From positions 39,768-103,767 of IMG/VR virus record IMGVR_UViG_3300033076_000691: a stretch of 64,000 nucleotides of DNA, one strand, 5' to 3'. The position numbers were made by a program, and so were the translations under genes. Under the pieces are notes generated by a model. It was given only the letters and a program-made list of their open reading frames with translations. It was not told where the DNA came from and ran no database searches. This DNA is from a virus. Lineage: Duplodnaviria; Caudoviricetes. Positions 11,033 to 20,962 of this stretch are shown in pieces; position 1 is the first letter of the stretch, and each line of letters begins with the position of its first letter.

Positions 11033-11694
11033 TATCTAACTACATTTTGACTATCATCAGGACCATCTGTAGGAACTTGCATAGCCATGGTTAATTCTTT
11101 TACAACAAACTGCTCTATTTCAGAAAACAAATACTCTGGAAAAGCTAAAGGTTGATCTTGCCTAACTAAACAATCATCAGTTGAACATGTATCAGCTTGT
11201 CCTTCAAAAATAGCTTCCATTCTTACAGCCTCCCAATCAATATTTGGAGAATATAAGTAACCGTTAAGATACCAGAAGTATTTTCTTTTATTGTATTTAA
11301 ATGTTGTAGTTTTAGTCATAGAGACCCAAGTACCTGGATCTGTACGGAACATTTCAATAGAACCATCTATTGAAGATACTGTACGTATAATAGGACCCAT
11401 TGCTCCATCAAAAATAGTTGGAAGCTTTTCTTTTGATCTTTTAAAGTAACAGCCAGAGTATACACCTACACATCCAGCCTCTACTTTATCTACATCAATA
11501 AGTTCAATATAGGGAAGCACTTGAAAGATTGAACTAATCTTCATTAACCTAAATTGATTATCCTCTCTCTTTAAAAGAGTTTGGCCATATTTAGTTATAG
11601 AATAATAAATAGTTCTGTCTGTAAGAAATGCATCTTCCTTTACAGCTTTAAGGGTATTTCTTACTCTTGATATAGCTTCTCCTATTGTTGTCAT
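11032..11694 (-). CDS. Tail ring/adaptor protein
   Basis: 220 aa, D.FLTDR.IY...KS...LP motif and C-terminal P.D..DD, as in crAss-like ring proteins; synteny. Confidence 0.55.
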   Translation of the reverse strand: MTTIGEAISRVRNTLKAVKEDAFLTDRTIYYSITKYGQTLLKREDNQFRLMKISSIFQVLPYIELIDVDKVEAGCVGVYSGCYFKRSKEKLPTIFDGAMGPIIRTVSSIDGSIEMFRTDPGTWVSMTKTTTFKYNKRKYFWYLNGYLYSPNIDWEAVRMEAIFEGQADTCSTDDCLVRQDQPLAFPEYLFSEIEQFVVKELTMAMQVPTDGPDDSQNVVR

Positions 11695-12272
11695 ATATCA
11701 AATTCATTATAGCTTTTCAAAGCATTGTTACTAACTTTTGTAAGGTAATCTTTATAAACAGCACTATTATAAACTTTATCAATTTTTGCCTTTGATACTA
11801 CTTGTAAATACATATTCCAGTTTTCTGGATAAGATTTAGCAACAGCTCTTTTAAATTCCCTACATGCAGTAAACCCCCAAAATTCTCTATTCTTCATCTT
11901 ATGTTTTGGAGCATAGTTTGTAAAAAATATTTTGGCTAACTTACCATCTGTTTCCCAATTTTTATTTGTTACTTTTACTCCATACTTTTTAGACTTGGCA
12001 TAATCAATATTGTCTTTCTTACTTTGTTGACAAGTACCAATGAATAACCAACCTATTTGTTCAGGCAATTGAACACCATCTCTTGTATCAATAACTTTAT
12101 GATATAACACTTGATTGAATCTCTTTACTATCTTTCTAAGCATTTTATCTTCTAAGTGTTTATACTTAGGATGTGTTTTTTTAAAATTATCAAAGAACTC
12201 TTTGTTTAAAATAGTGCTAACCTCTGGTCTATACCTAGAAGCTTTTATGTCAGGTTTATTAAATTCCTTCAT
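11691..12272 (-). CDS. IHF/HU-like basic protein (crAss IHF_53-like)
   Basis: GVQLPEQIGWLFI beta-arm pattern and F.ACREFKR; basic; conserved position in the crAss tail module. Confidence 0.6.
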   Translation of the reverse strand: MKEFNKPDIKASRYRPEVSTILNKEFFDNFKKTHPKYKHLEDKMLRKIVKRFNQVLYHKVIDTRDGVQLPEQIGWLFIGTCQQSKKDNIDYAKSKKYGVKVTNKNWETDGKLAKIFFTNYAPKHKMKNREFWGFTACREFKRAVAKSYPENWNMYLQVVSKAKIDKVYNSAVYKDYLTKVSNNALKSYNEFDI

Positions 12273-12312
12273 ATTAATATACTAAAAATATATGACTTAA
12301 ACAAATGTAATC

Positions 12313-12343
12313 AAAAAACAAAACCCCGCAAGTGCGGGGCTTT
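12313..12343 (-). terminator. Intrinsic terminator
   Basis: CCCCGC-aagt-GCGGGG hairpin followed by a T-rich tract on the minus strand. Confidence 0.7.
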
Positions 12344-12380
12344 GTCTTTGTTGTCACAGAAACCAACAAACTGTAACTTC

Positions 12381-12617
12381 TTATAATTGACAAAAATATG
12401 CTGCTAAAGCTTGTAGAGCATCATTGATATTAGTATTAGTAGGTACAATTACATTTTGACCACACATAATATCTGGTCCAGTATAAATTGTACACTGTGA
12501 ATCAGTAACTGTATAACACGGTTCAGGAGTTGGACATCCTGCTGGTGTAGGACATGGTGCAGGACTAGTTAAAAAACTATCCTCACACCCACAATTTGAA
12601 CATTTTGTTGTTGACAT
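12381..12617 (-). CDS. Small Cys-rich protein; stand-alone copy of the fibre N-terminal anchor domain
   Basis: C.....C..YTGPD..C motif shared with the N-termini of 12629..14290 and 37795..46224. Confidence 0.6.
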   Translation of the reverse strand: MSTTKCSNCGCEDSFLTSPAPCPTPAGCPTPEPCYTVTDSQCTIYTGPDIMCGQNVIVPTNTNINDALQALAAYFCQL

Positions 12618-12628
12618 GACTTATATTA

Positions 12629-14290
12629 TTAAGAACAAGTTGTTGAAAAACCTGTTTCAGTATTACATGGATCTAAGTATGCAATCATACCATCTAGACT
12701 AAATTCAAATCCACCAATTTGATCAGCTTGTGAAGCATCACAACTAAAATCCCATGTAGCTGCAAAAGCATCTGATACTAATGGAAAGTTAGCACTTGAT
12801 GGAGCATTTTGAATGTCTGATGCTGCTGCAATATAATTTGGTAAGTTTTCACCTATTCTAGTATTTGAAGTTAAAAATCTAAATGGACTATTACCAAATA
12901 AAGTAGTTGGTGCATTACCGTCTTCAATATCATCTACTGTTTGAAGTTCTAATTGTTTATTTGCAGTAATAAAAATATTCACTACACTAGATAGTGCTGT
13001 ACCATAACTTCCTTTTACAGTAAGTTGTCTTGCAATTACTTGTAAACCAGATCTATATAGTGCATCAAAATTACCAGTTGTTATAGAAGAAGGAACTACA
13101 GAAGCTCCATTATTAAATTGTATTCCACCTGCACCAATAATAGTGCAACCACCGGTACCACTCCATGTTGTACAACCTTGTATTCCATTGTATGCATTTT
13201 GTGAAGTAAGAGGCACCACACTTCCGGGAGATGCTGGATTTTCAAGAGGAATATATACATTACCTCTAAAATGAACTTGATTACCAATTCTTCTACATTG
13301 CGGTTTAGTTACTCCAGAGTAATAAGCAAAACCATCAAGATCAACCCAACCACTATCTGTAATGTTTGCAGTAATTACATTTGCAGTTTCAGTTAAATTT
13401 ACAGTAGATGTATTTTGTACAGAAACTGAAGATGTTTTTGAATAGTTATAAATATCACAAATTGCAATCCATAAATTATTAATAGTATCAGCAACTGTAA
13501 CTGGACTATCTTGCCATGTTCCAAATCCTGTATAAGGACCATATGCTGAACTAAAAGTTTGACCTGTATTTGCTAATGAAGAATCTGAACCTACAATACA
13601 TTGTGTTGCAACAGCTGCTAGTAAATCAGCAGGTAAATCAGTTGCACCTACTAATGCACAATAACCTATTGTGGCATTATTAAGTAATGTATTTAAAACT
13701 AAATCAATTGTAGCTGAACTAGCAGAAGACATATATGATGCCAAACAACCAGTACTAATACTTGGTAAAGTAAATGATGGTGCTGGAGCTGATTCTAATG
13801 CTGTTACTCTTATATCTAAATTGGTAAGGTTGTTATTAATAACTGAAATTTGTGAAATAAGAGAACATACTTTTTCTCCAATTGCTTGAGCATATTCTGA
13901 TACAGTCATTACTGTTACACCTCCTACTACAAAACAAGAAGCTACTGTTACTAGCTGATCACTTTTTGTAGTATTAACAACAGGGCTTGTTGCTGGATCA
14001 GATACATTAGTTATTTCTGTTTGTAATGCACAGATTCTATCAATTAAAAATTGTATAAGTGCTTGAAAATCATTTGGTCCACAAGCAGTTAGATTGAAAC
14101 ATGTAAGATCATAGTTAGTTACATTTAATGTATCTAACACAGTACACAATTCTGTTGCTAGTTTAAAAACAACATCTGAAATTGTATCACCTGTACATAG
14201 TTTAATGCAAGGAATGTCTGGTCCTTGCCAAATCACACAATTAGATGAGATTGGGCTACAAGGTGAGTTATCATAATTTAGTGGCTTCAT
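12629..14290 (-). CDS. Putative tail fibre/spike protein
   Basis: N-terminal Cys anchor motif, coiled-coil stretches (NLTNLDIRVTALE), fibre-head motif DSGW.DL...RRIGNQVHFRG. Confidence 0.6.
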   Translation of the reverse strand: MKPLNYDNSPCSPISSNCVIWQGPDIPCIKLCTGDTISDVVFKLATELCTVLDTLNVTNYDLTCFNLTACGPNDFQALIQFLIDRICALQTEITNVSDPATSPVVNTTKSDQLVTVASCFVVGGVTVMTVSEYAQAIGEKVCSLISQISVINNNLTNLDIRVTALESAPAPSFTLPSISTGCLASYMSSASSATIDLVLNTLLNNATIGYCALVGATDLPADLLAAVATQCIVGSDSSLANTGQTFSSAYGPYTGFGTWQDSPVTVADTINNLWIAICDIYNYSKTSSVSVQNTSTVNLTETANVITANITDSGWVDLDGFAYYSGVTKPQCRRIGNQVHFRGNVYIPLENPASPGSVVPLTSQNAYNGIQGCTTWSGTGGCTIIGAGGIQFNNGASVVPSSITTGNFDALYRSGLQVIARQLTVKGSYGTALSSVVNIFITANKQLELQTVDDIEDGNAPTTLFGNSPFRFLTSNTRIGENLPNYIAAASDIQNAPSSANFPLVSDAFAATWDFSCDASQADQIGGFEFSLDGMIAYLDPCNTETGFSTTCS

Positions 14291-14323
14291 ATTTCTTCTA
14301 TTACTATAATATACAAAAATTAA

Positions 14324-16240
14324 TTAAGACTGGCAAGTTCTACCGGTACTGCTGCAACCACAATCACCACCACATGATCCACTACAACCACATCCTGTAT
14401 TACATCCACATGATGGAGTAGCACACACATAGTCTGGATTAACAAGAGCTTGTAAGTCTATTAGTTCTTTTTTAATAATGTACTGTTGGTCTTCTTCAGG
14501 GCAACAGTTAGTGATTCCATATCTAAGTTCAAGAACTTGTTTATAAAGTGCTTCTGCTGCTTTACAAGATATTTCTTCATATTTCCAAGTACTGCAATGT
14601 GGAGTATTATATCCTGGTTTTAATGATCTTTTTGGATATACAGGAGGAGGACATACTCCATCAACACAATTACCAAAATATTCTACATAGTCTGTATCAA
14701 ATGAAGTTAACCAATGAGTTAAACAGATTCTATCTGATCTTTCACCAGCTCCTATTGTAATTAACTGTACTTCTCCTGTACAATCTACATATCTATACTC
14801 ATGTGATACATCATCATGATTTTTAATTCTTGAACATACACATGGAAAACTTGTAAGACATTCTAAACAAGTTTCAAACTGACCAGATATATTTCCAATG
14901 TTTCCAGAATTAATACTTGTTGATGCTACTTCAACTTTCCAACAAGTTGTTGGACACCAATCTAAAGTTATTACTAAATTAAGATATGTAGAAAGATCAG
15001 TATTTGTAATTGCTACATTACTAGAGTTTGTACAATCAGTGAGTACATAGTAAATTGATTTACAAGCTTCACAATCATCAAAAGCTTCTGTAATTACAAC
15101 AGGTGTGTCAGATGGAATATCTCCATTTACTTCTTCTATAATCCAGCATCCAGGACAGTCCGGTTCTCTTTGAATCACTTGTCCTACATAATCACTAAGA
15201 TCTGATGATGTATAAACAATGGTTCCTAAATCATCACAGTTAGTAAGTTTATAGTTTGGATTTGGATGACATGTTTCACAACTATCATATGCTTGTAATA
15301 CTACAACATCAATAGCACAGTCACATGAAACAACATTAGAAACTGTCCAACAGTTTGCATATCCTTCAATAATTATTGTTTGTCCTAAAGTTGCATATGG
15401 TGAAAGTGAATCTGCTGTTGTATAAATATTCTCTCTTATACCATCACAGTCAATAAGTTCATAACATTCAGAAGGACACTGACCATCTATACAGTCACCT
15501 TGTGATGTAATAATAAGATTAGGACCGGCTCCTGGACTTGTAAAAGGATATACTTGTGAACATCCTTTCCAGTAACCATCAACCATTGTATTAACTTCAT
15601 TACCATCACAATCAATATAACTAAGTTTAGCTGTACCAATAATTTCATAGCATGTACAATCACATGAACATGGTATATCACCATCTACTACAACTTCAAC
15701 TGCATTATTACAATCATTTGCTTCTACTATATAAAAACAGAAAAATCCAAAATCTGCATCTACTTCTATTTGAGCAAATCCATTAACATATGCTGAAAGA
15801 TCTGTTGATGTAGTAATAGGAGGATATTGTCCTGTACAAGAATAAATTGTATAACACTGAGGTGTACATGATGGACATGTAATTACCTCACTACCACATG
15901 GAGTTTCTGCATTAGTTGTAGAATCCCATGTATAGTTGTTTGTTGTATTTGTAGGAACTATTTGTAAATTACCATAATTAGTTCCATTAATACCACTTGG
16001 GTCTCCAGCTACTCCTCTAAATATTCTATAACATTGATTTGTTAAAGGTGTATAACTATCAGTTAATGGATCATAACCAATTGCAGCCGGACCTTCATAT
16101 ATATTAATACCTTCATTAGGAGCTACTGTAGTTCCATCAAATTTAAAGTATAAAATATTTCCACCACAGCATGGTTCAAAACCAAAATAGGTTAATGAAA
16201 ATGGTGGTGGTGGAGGAGGTGGTGGCGGTGGATATGACAT
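14324..16240 (-). CDS. Cys-rich repeat tail-associated protein
   Basis: Poly-Pro N-terminus; about 4 repeats Y.L..C...T..DLS.Y...CW...C..C; CxC-rich C-terminus. Confidence 0.55.
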   Translation of the reverse strand: MSYPPPPPPPPPPFSLTYFGFEPCCGGNILYFKFDGTTVAPNEGINIYEGPAAIGYDPLTDSYTPLTNQCYRIFRGVAGDPSGINGTNYGNLQIVPTNTTNNYTWDSTTNAETPCGSEVITCPSCTPQCYTIYSCTGQYPPITTSTDLSAYVNGFAQIEVDADFGFFCFYIVEANDCNNAVEVVVDGDIPCSCDCTCYEIIGTAKLSYIDCDGNEVNTMVDGYWKGCSQVYPFTSPGAGPNLIITSQGDCIDGQCPSECYELIDCDGIRENIYTTADSLSPYATLGQTIIIEGYANCWTVSNVVSCDCAIDVVVLQAYDSCETCHPNPNYKLTNCDDLGTIVYTSSDLSDYVGQVIQREPDCPGCWIIEEVNGDIPSDTPVVITEAFDDCEACKSIYYVLTDCTNSSNVAITNTDLSTYLNLVITLDWCPTTCWKVEVASTSINSGNIGNISGQFETCLECLTSFPCVCSRIKNHDDVSHEYRYVDCTGEVQLITIGAGERSDRICLTHWLTSFDTDYVEYFGNCVDGVCPPPVYPKRSLKPGYNTPHCSTWKYEEISCKAAEALYKQVLELRYGITNCCPEEDQQYIIKKELIDLQALVNPDYVCATPSCGCNTGCGCSGSCGGDCGCSSTGRTCQS

Positions 16241-16247
16241 TACTTAG

Positions 16248-16430
16248 TTATTTATATCTATCTTTTCCCCAAACTGTATTTGTTTGAGTTGGTGCTATTA
16301 CAGTTTTTGTTTGTTTTAATTTAGCCTCATAAGAGGTTTGACATTTTGTACATACTGACTTTCCATCTGATGCTGTTCTTTTCTGACATCCACATGAAAG
16401 GTTTGATTTGCAATTTGAACACATTGCCAT
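16248..16430 (-). CDS. Small Cys-rich protein (60 aa)
   Basis: CSNC..LSCGCQ...CTKC; sits in operon position. Confidence 0.6.
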   Translation of the reverse strand: MAMCSNCKSNLSCGCQKRTASDGKSVCTKCQTSYEAKLKQTKTVIAPTQTNTVWGKDRYK

Positions 16431-16451
16431 AATTAGTTGGTTTTTAAGGGT

Positions 16452-16994
16452 TTAACAATTAATACAATCCATTTTATTAAGTAACTTCCAAGCATAATTA
16501 TAGAGAGTCATTCCTTTCTGAGGCTCATGACAAAACTCTACTTTAGACTTAGCAGCTTCTAAATACATTTTGATAAGATTAAGTTGCTCAAGTTTTTGTT
16601 TAATCTTAAATGGCGGATCACAATCTGCCACATCTAATCTACAAAGAATATTGTAGTATCTGTTTAATGCTTTAGTAATTCTCATATGATTGTATTCTAC
16701 ATACACGACATCATTAGGAGAAACACTGTATTTAATAATATAAATTCCATCTGGAATATCTACATACTCTGTACCACAGTTTTCTGTTTGGAGATTAAGA
16801 TCACAAGCTGTGATATTCATAATGAATCCAGCAGATACATCCATTTGTACTGAATACTGGAATCCCGGTACTGTGACATTTAATGTCTCACATACCACAG
16901 GAATAAGATCAGTATAAACACTAGTATCCATAACTGTAAGGATACAAGGATTCATTACTGTAGGTACTTCTAAACTTAATACGTGATTAGCCAT
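16452..16994 (-). CDS. Putative tail hub/structural protein
   Basis: IPDGIY.IKYSV motif; position between auxiliary capsid and fibre genes. Confidence 0.45.
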   Translation of the reverse strand: MANHVLSLEVPTVMNPCILTVMDTSVYTDLIPVVCETLNVTVPGFQYSVQMDVSAGFIMNITACDLNLQTENCGTEYVDIPDGIYIIKYSVSPNDVVYVEYNHMRITKALNRYYNILCRLDVADCDPPFKIKQKLEQLNLIKMYLEAAKSKVEFCHEPQKGMTLYNYAWKLLNKMDCINC

Positions 16995-17005
16995 AGGAAT
17001 TTAAT

Positions 17006-17045
17006 AAAAAAAGGGAAGAGGAGTCTAAGCTCTCTCTCCCCTTTC
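17006..17045 (-). terminator. Intrinsic terminator after the auxiliary capsid gene
   Basis: Imperfect GGGAAGAGGAG/CTCTCTCTCCC hairpin with a T-tract on the minus strand. Confidence 0.5.
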
Positions 17046-17066
17046 TAGTTATTACTTTTTAAATAA

Positions 17067-18365
17067 TTAGTCCGCTGAAATTGGAACAAGTGGTACACAG
17101 TTAGTTAATCCTTCATAAGGATCCGCTGTAACATTACAATCTGATGCACATGCTGCTAACCAATCAGCAAGATAACCAAATAAGTTATTTGCAATTGTAT
17201 TACCACCTGCAGTTTGATCAGAATAGAATACTAACAAATATTGATCGTTATCAAATACACCAGTTGGGTTATTGAAACGTGGAACATTGTGTTGTAAGTA
17301 AACTGCATTGTACAAGTGAGTTCTATCAATTACATCCAAGATTTGGTTACCTTGAGTAATTTCACGAATACGTAGGTCAGTAGCAAAGAATGATTGTCTG
17401 TAAGATTCTGACAAGATCATTTCACGTACAACTGATTCACCAAGACCATTTGGTTGAAGACCCAAACACTCATTAACTACACAGATACCTGTAAATGTAC
17501 ATGGATCACCGTTAAGGTCAACTTCAGATGCGTAAATTCTTACTGGCTCTTTTTCATAGAAGTCAGAAACTTGGAATGTACAATCACCAAATTTAGTATC
17601 TACATAAGCACCATTAAGCACAAGACCTGCACATTCACCATCTGTGTGTCCTGGAGATACATAGTCATCCCAAGTACCACCAATTGTATATCCTGCAGGA
17701 GCAACATAACCAGTTGTATCAGTTCCTGGAGCATACCACAAAGACAAGTCTTCAGCTACAACTACTGGAAGGATAAATGGAGAGATGATAGGTGAATTAA
17801 CAATACCTTCAGCCCACTTGATCATTACTTCAGTTGAGTCAACTGCTACAGGAGCAATTGAACCTTCTGGACAACAACCAGTGTAAGCATCAACAGTAAG
17901 GTATGCATTGTGATCTAACAATCTCAAAGCAGGTGAACCTTTAACATCAATACGTAAGTAGTATGTTTCACCACATAAAAATTCTTTACAACAATTTGCA
18001 GAAGCTTCAGCTACAGTATATGGAGTAGAACCTACGTTTACTACCATTGCTTGTGGAGCATTAGCAATTACTTCATAAAGATTAGAAACATACTTTGCAT
18101 TGATTTCTTTAGACTTGTTTGATTCAAGGTAACCTCCGTGGAATTTACCAATTTTATCATTTTGATAAAGTGAACCATTAGCAATTACAATGTTGCAGCA
18201 GTTGTCTGCAAGATCTCCCCAAGCAATACCTTGCCAAGTTTTTGCATTAAATACTGCTAACTCTCCAACAGTTAATGGAGCAGTAATTGGATTTAGTTGA
18301 CCACTATAATTAGTTAGTGTGTCAACATAGAAGCTTTTTTGAAAAGCATGATTAAAATAAGCCAT
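17067..18365 (-). CDS. Auxiliary capsid/structural protein (crAss gene 73-like)
   Basis: 432 aa, CGETY.LRIDVKGSP motif; own promoter and terminator suggest high expression; synteny. Confidence 0.6.
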   Translation of the reverse strand: MAYFNHAFQKSFYVDTLTNYSGQLNPITAPLTVGELAVFNAKTWQGIAWGDLADNCCNIVIANGSLYQNDKIGKFHGGYLESNKSKEINAKYVSNLYEVIANAPQAMVVNVGSTPYTVAEASANCCKEFLCGETYYLRIDVKGSPALRLLDHNAYLTVDAYTGCCPEGSIAPVAVDSTEVMIKWAEGIVNSPIISPFILPVVVAEDLSLWYAPGTDTTGYVAPAGYTIGGTWDDYVSPGHTDGECAGLVLNGAYVDTKFGDCTFQVSDFYEKEPVRIYASEVDLNGDPCTFTGICVVNECLGLQPNGLGESVVREMILSESYRQSFFATDLRIREITQGNQILDVIDRTHLYNAVYLQHNVPRFNNPTGVFDNDQYLLVFYSDQTAGGNTIANNLFGYLADWLAACASDCNVTADPYEGLTNCVPLVPISAD

Positions 18366-18429
18366 TTTTTCTAAGTTTTAATTTATAAATATATACTATA
18401 ATATACTAAAAGTTTTTGAATAAACAAAA

Positions 18430-18882
18430 TTATTTCAAGAACTTTAGTTTGTACTTAGCAGAGTTAAGTGTAGACTTAACTGTATCAAGATCATTTACAA
18501 TTTCTGAATAAGGCATTTTTGCTTGTAATGCATTTACCATATTTGTAAGATCTCTAAGATATACTAATGCATCTTCTACTGTATCTAATGTTCTTGCACC
18601 TACTTCAGAGTATGTAAGTAATTTTTCTGATGCACCTTGATATCCTTCTGCAAGATCATCTGCATGTCCAGGCATTGCATCATACAATTCATTCAATGCT
18701 TTGTGTGCAGCATAAGATCCAATACCTGTAATCTTAAGATGTAGTTTGTGAAAACTTGTTCCTGCATTCATTAACTCTGATACACAAGCAGCTGTCATTG
18801 TATCACAGTTTGCTGATGATCCAGCTGTTGCATAACTTGCAACAGGTCCAGCATCTCTTTTTAACATTCTTTTTGTTTCCAT
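18430..18882 (-). CDS. Ferritin/Dps-like protein (DUF5856-like)
   Basis: H..H....SYAAHKALNELYD.....D.LAE.YQG...YKLKFL pattern. Confidence 0.7.
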   Translation of the reverse strand: METKRMLKRDAGPVASYATAGSSANCDTMTAACVSELMNAGTSFHKLHLKITGIGSYAAHKALNELYDAMPGHADDLAEGYQGASEKLLTYSEVGARTLDTVEDALVYLRDLTNMVNALQAKMPYSEIVNDLDTVKSTLNSAKYKLKFLK

Positions 18883-18888
18883 TTTTTA

Positions 18889-19587
18889 TTAGTTGTTACG
18901 TTCAGCTGTTTCTGTACCTCTAGAGAATTGGTTTCCTGATTCAATATCTCCGGCAAGAATACTTACTGCCTCATCAATTATTACTTCTATAATATCATCT
19001 TTAAACTCACACTCTACATTTTGAGTAGAAGTAATTCCTGTATATGGATCAGAACAACCTTCTATTTGTATTTTAACTGGTTGTCTGTAATAAGTTAACT
19101 CAGCTTCTGTAATCTCAAATTGATTGTTTGTATAAATATGTACATTGTTATTTATCAATGTTGCAAATGTTTCTGCCCACTCAAAGTTTGGTTGTTTAGC
19201 TTTATCTCTTAAAAGTTGATTAAGGTTTCCTTCTTCACCAAGATATACTGTCATTCTTCTTTTATCACAACAGTCTTGTTTAGCATATACATCTACACGT
19301 TTCCATTGTAAATAATTTTCTGGAATATTACCTTGATAATAAAGATCTTTCTTTACAGTACTAAGAGGAACTTTAATCATTAATTTCTGTAAATCATCTT
19401 TACGTCTATTGGATTGTTCATCCCCTTCTTTTAATACATTAATACTATGAAGTTGTCTTCTAGCCCATTCTACCTGAGCTTTATTAAAAGACTCAACTAT
19501 TTGCCAGCAAGTTATGTTGTCATAATCTTGACTGTCAAGTTTATTAAGTCTTTGCTTAATCTTTATGGTAATTGTACTATTTAACAT
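18889..19587 (-). CDS. Head-tail ring/connector protein (crAss gene 74-like)
   Basis: LNKLDSQ..D...FNKAQ, DDLQ.L, YYRQP, E.IIDEAV motifs. Confidence 0.65.
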   Translation of the reverse strand: MLNSTITIKIKQRLNKLDSQDYDNITCWQIVESFNKAQVEWARRQLHSINVLKEGDEQSNRRKDDLQKLMIKVPLSTVKKDLYYQGNIPENYLQWKRVDVYAKQDCCDKRRMTVYLGEEGNLNQLLRDKAKQPNFEWAETFATLINNNVHIYTNNQFEITEAELTYYRQPVKIQIEGCSDPYTGITSTQNVECEFKDDIIEVIIDEAVSILAGDIESGNQFSRGTETAERNN

Positions 19588-19590
19588 TTG

Positions 19591-20091
19591 TTATTTTTTT
19601 CTTTTAACAGCTCCACCTTTTTTATATATACCCATGGCTTTTAATTGTTCAGGTGTAAATTCCATGTTTTGCCCTCCAACAACTCCTTTAACAGTTTTTG
19701 GAATACTTGATGGACCAGGATAAGTTAAAGAATCTCTATATGCTTTGTTGATTGCTTGAGCTCTACCGTTATCTTTTATATTTGCCATAGGAGGTAAAGA
19801 AGGTAGAGAACTTAAAGATGATAATTGTGTAGGTCTTGTTTTATTCAATGCATCCATATTTGCAATACGTACATTATTAGCATTTTCAGTAAGCATTTTT
19901 GTAGTATCAGATAACCACCATTTTTCTGGTGTTTTTTTATAACCACCAGTAGATCCAGATTTATTAATTAAATCATCATTCATTTCAATACCATCCTGAG
20001 CTTTTTTAATAGATGCTCTGATATTCTTCTGTCTAGTCTCATTAGCTTTTCTAAAAAAACTTAATGCATTTTCTTTATTAGTTTTTTTCAT
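19591..20091 (-). CDS. Basic low-complexity protein with KAQDG and YKKGG motifs
   Basis: ORF track; operon context. Confidence 0.65.
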   Translation of the reverse strand: MKKTNKENALSFFRKANETRQKNIRASIKKAQDGIEMNDDLINKSGSTGGYKKTPEKWWLSDTTKMLTENANNVRIANMDALNKTRPTQLSSLSSLPSLPPMANIKDNGRAQAINKAYRDSLTYPGPSSIPKTVKGVVGGQNMEFTPEQLKAMGIYKKGGAVKRKK

Positions 20092-20093
20092 GG

Positions 20094-20516
20094 TTATCTT
20101 TTTTTAGCCATTGCTTTAAAAGTACGTGCTAGAGCTTTTCTCTTTGGGGTACAAGTAGGTTTTGACATTGGAGTACAGTATCCTTTATGTTTAGGATTAA
20201 CTGCTTTTTGTATCCATTTTTTATCTGTAGTAGATCCACCTTTTTTCATCACTTTAGTAGTAACTTTTTTTACAGTCTCGTCTACAGTTTTTTTAATTTC
20301 ATTTTTTGCTTTTCTTTTTTCAGCAATATTTTTTCCAAGTCTAGTACCAATAGCACTAACACCTGCACCAATTATTCCAGCACCAATTTTAGCACTAGTT
20401 GAACTAAAAGGACCTGGTTTTTTAGCTTGTGGTACACATGTACCATTATTACACCAATATCCTGGAGGACAGTCATCCCCATAATTACAACTCTGATTTG
20501 CTTTTTTAACTGCCAT
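20094..20516 (-). CDS. Basic protein with N-terminal Cys cluster, MKKGG motif and KWIQKA...ALARTFKAM C-terminal module
   Basis: ORF track; Lys-rich composition. Confidence 0.65.
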   Translation of the reverse strand: MAVKKANQSCNYGDDCPPGYWCNNGTCVPQAKKPGPFSSTSAKIGAGIIGAGVSAIGTRLGKNIAEKRKAKNEIKKTVDETVKKVTTKVMKKGGSTTDKKWIQKAVNPKHKGYCTPMSKPTCTPKRKALARTFKAMAKKR

Positions 20517-20518
20517 GA

Positions 20519-20950
20519 TTACTTACTTTTTCTTTTATTCATTTTAGCACCAGCAATTCTATCTGCAGCAGTTTTTCCTGGATTTTTGTCAATACCAGCT
20601 TTTACTGAAAGCATACCAAATGCTGAACCACCACTTTTAAATTTAGGTCTTTCCATCACACATTTTCCATCTGCTCCTCTTACCATACCTTTTTTACAAG
20701 ATGCTTTTACTGGAGTAGATGCACCAAATTTAGCTGTACCAATTGCACCACCTTTTTTGTAGTCATAAGTTCCAGTTCTATTTGGGCCTGTAGGACCAGC
20801 ATTAGGAACACCATAAATACCATCTTTAGTATTTGATCCACCCATTTGTGCTTTTGCAAAACCTTTAGGAGCATTTAATTTATTTGTAGTAGATCCACCT
20901 TTAGCATATTTCATGCTACCTCCACATTTCATACATTTCTTAGTTGCCAT
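20519..20950 (-). CDS. Basic Gly/Lys-rich protein with multiple xxGG motifs
   Basis: YAKGG, AQMGG, YKKGG, FKSGG. Confidence 0.65.
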   Translation of the reverse strand: MATKKCMKCGGSMKYAKGGSTTNKLNAPKGFAKAQMGGSNTKDGIYGVPNAGPTGPNRTGTYDYKKGGAIGTAKFGASTPVKASCKKGMVRGADGKCVMERPKFKSGGSAFGMLSVKAGIDKNPGKTAADRIAGAKMNKRKSK

Positions 20951-20962
20951 TATATATAAGTT

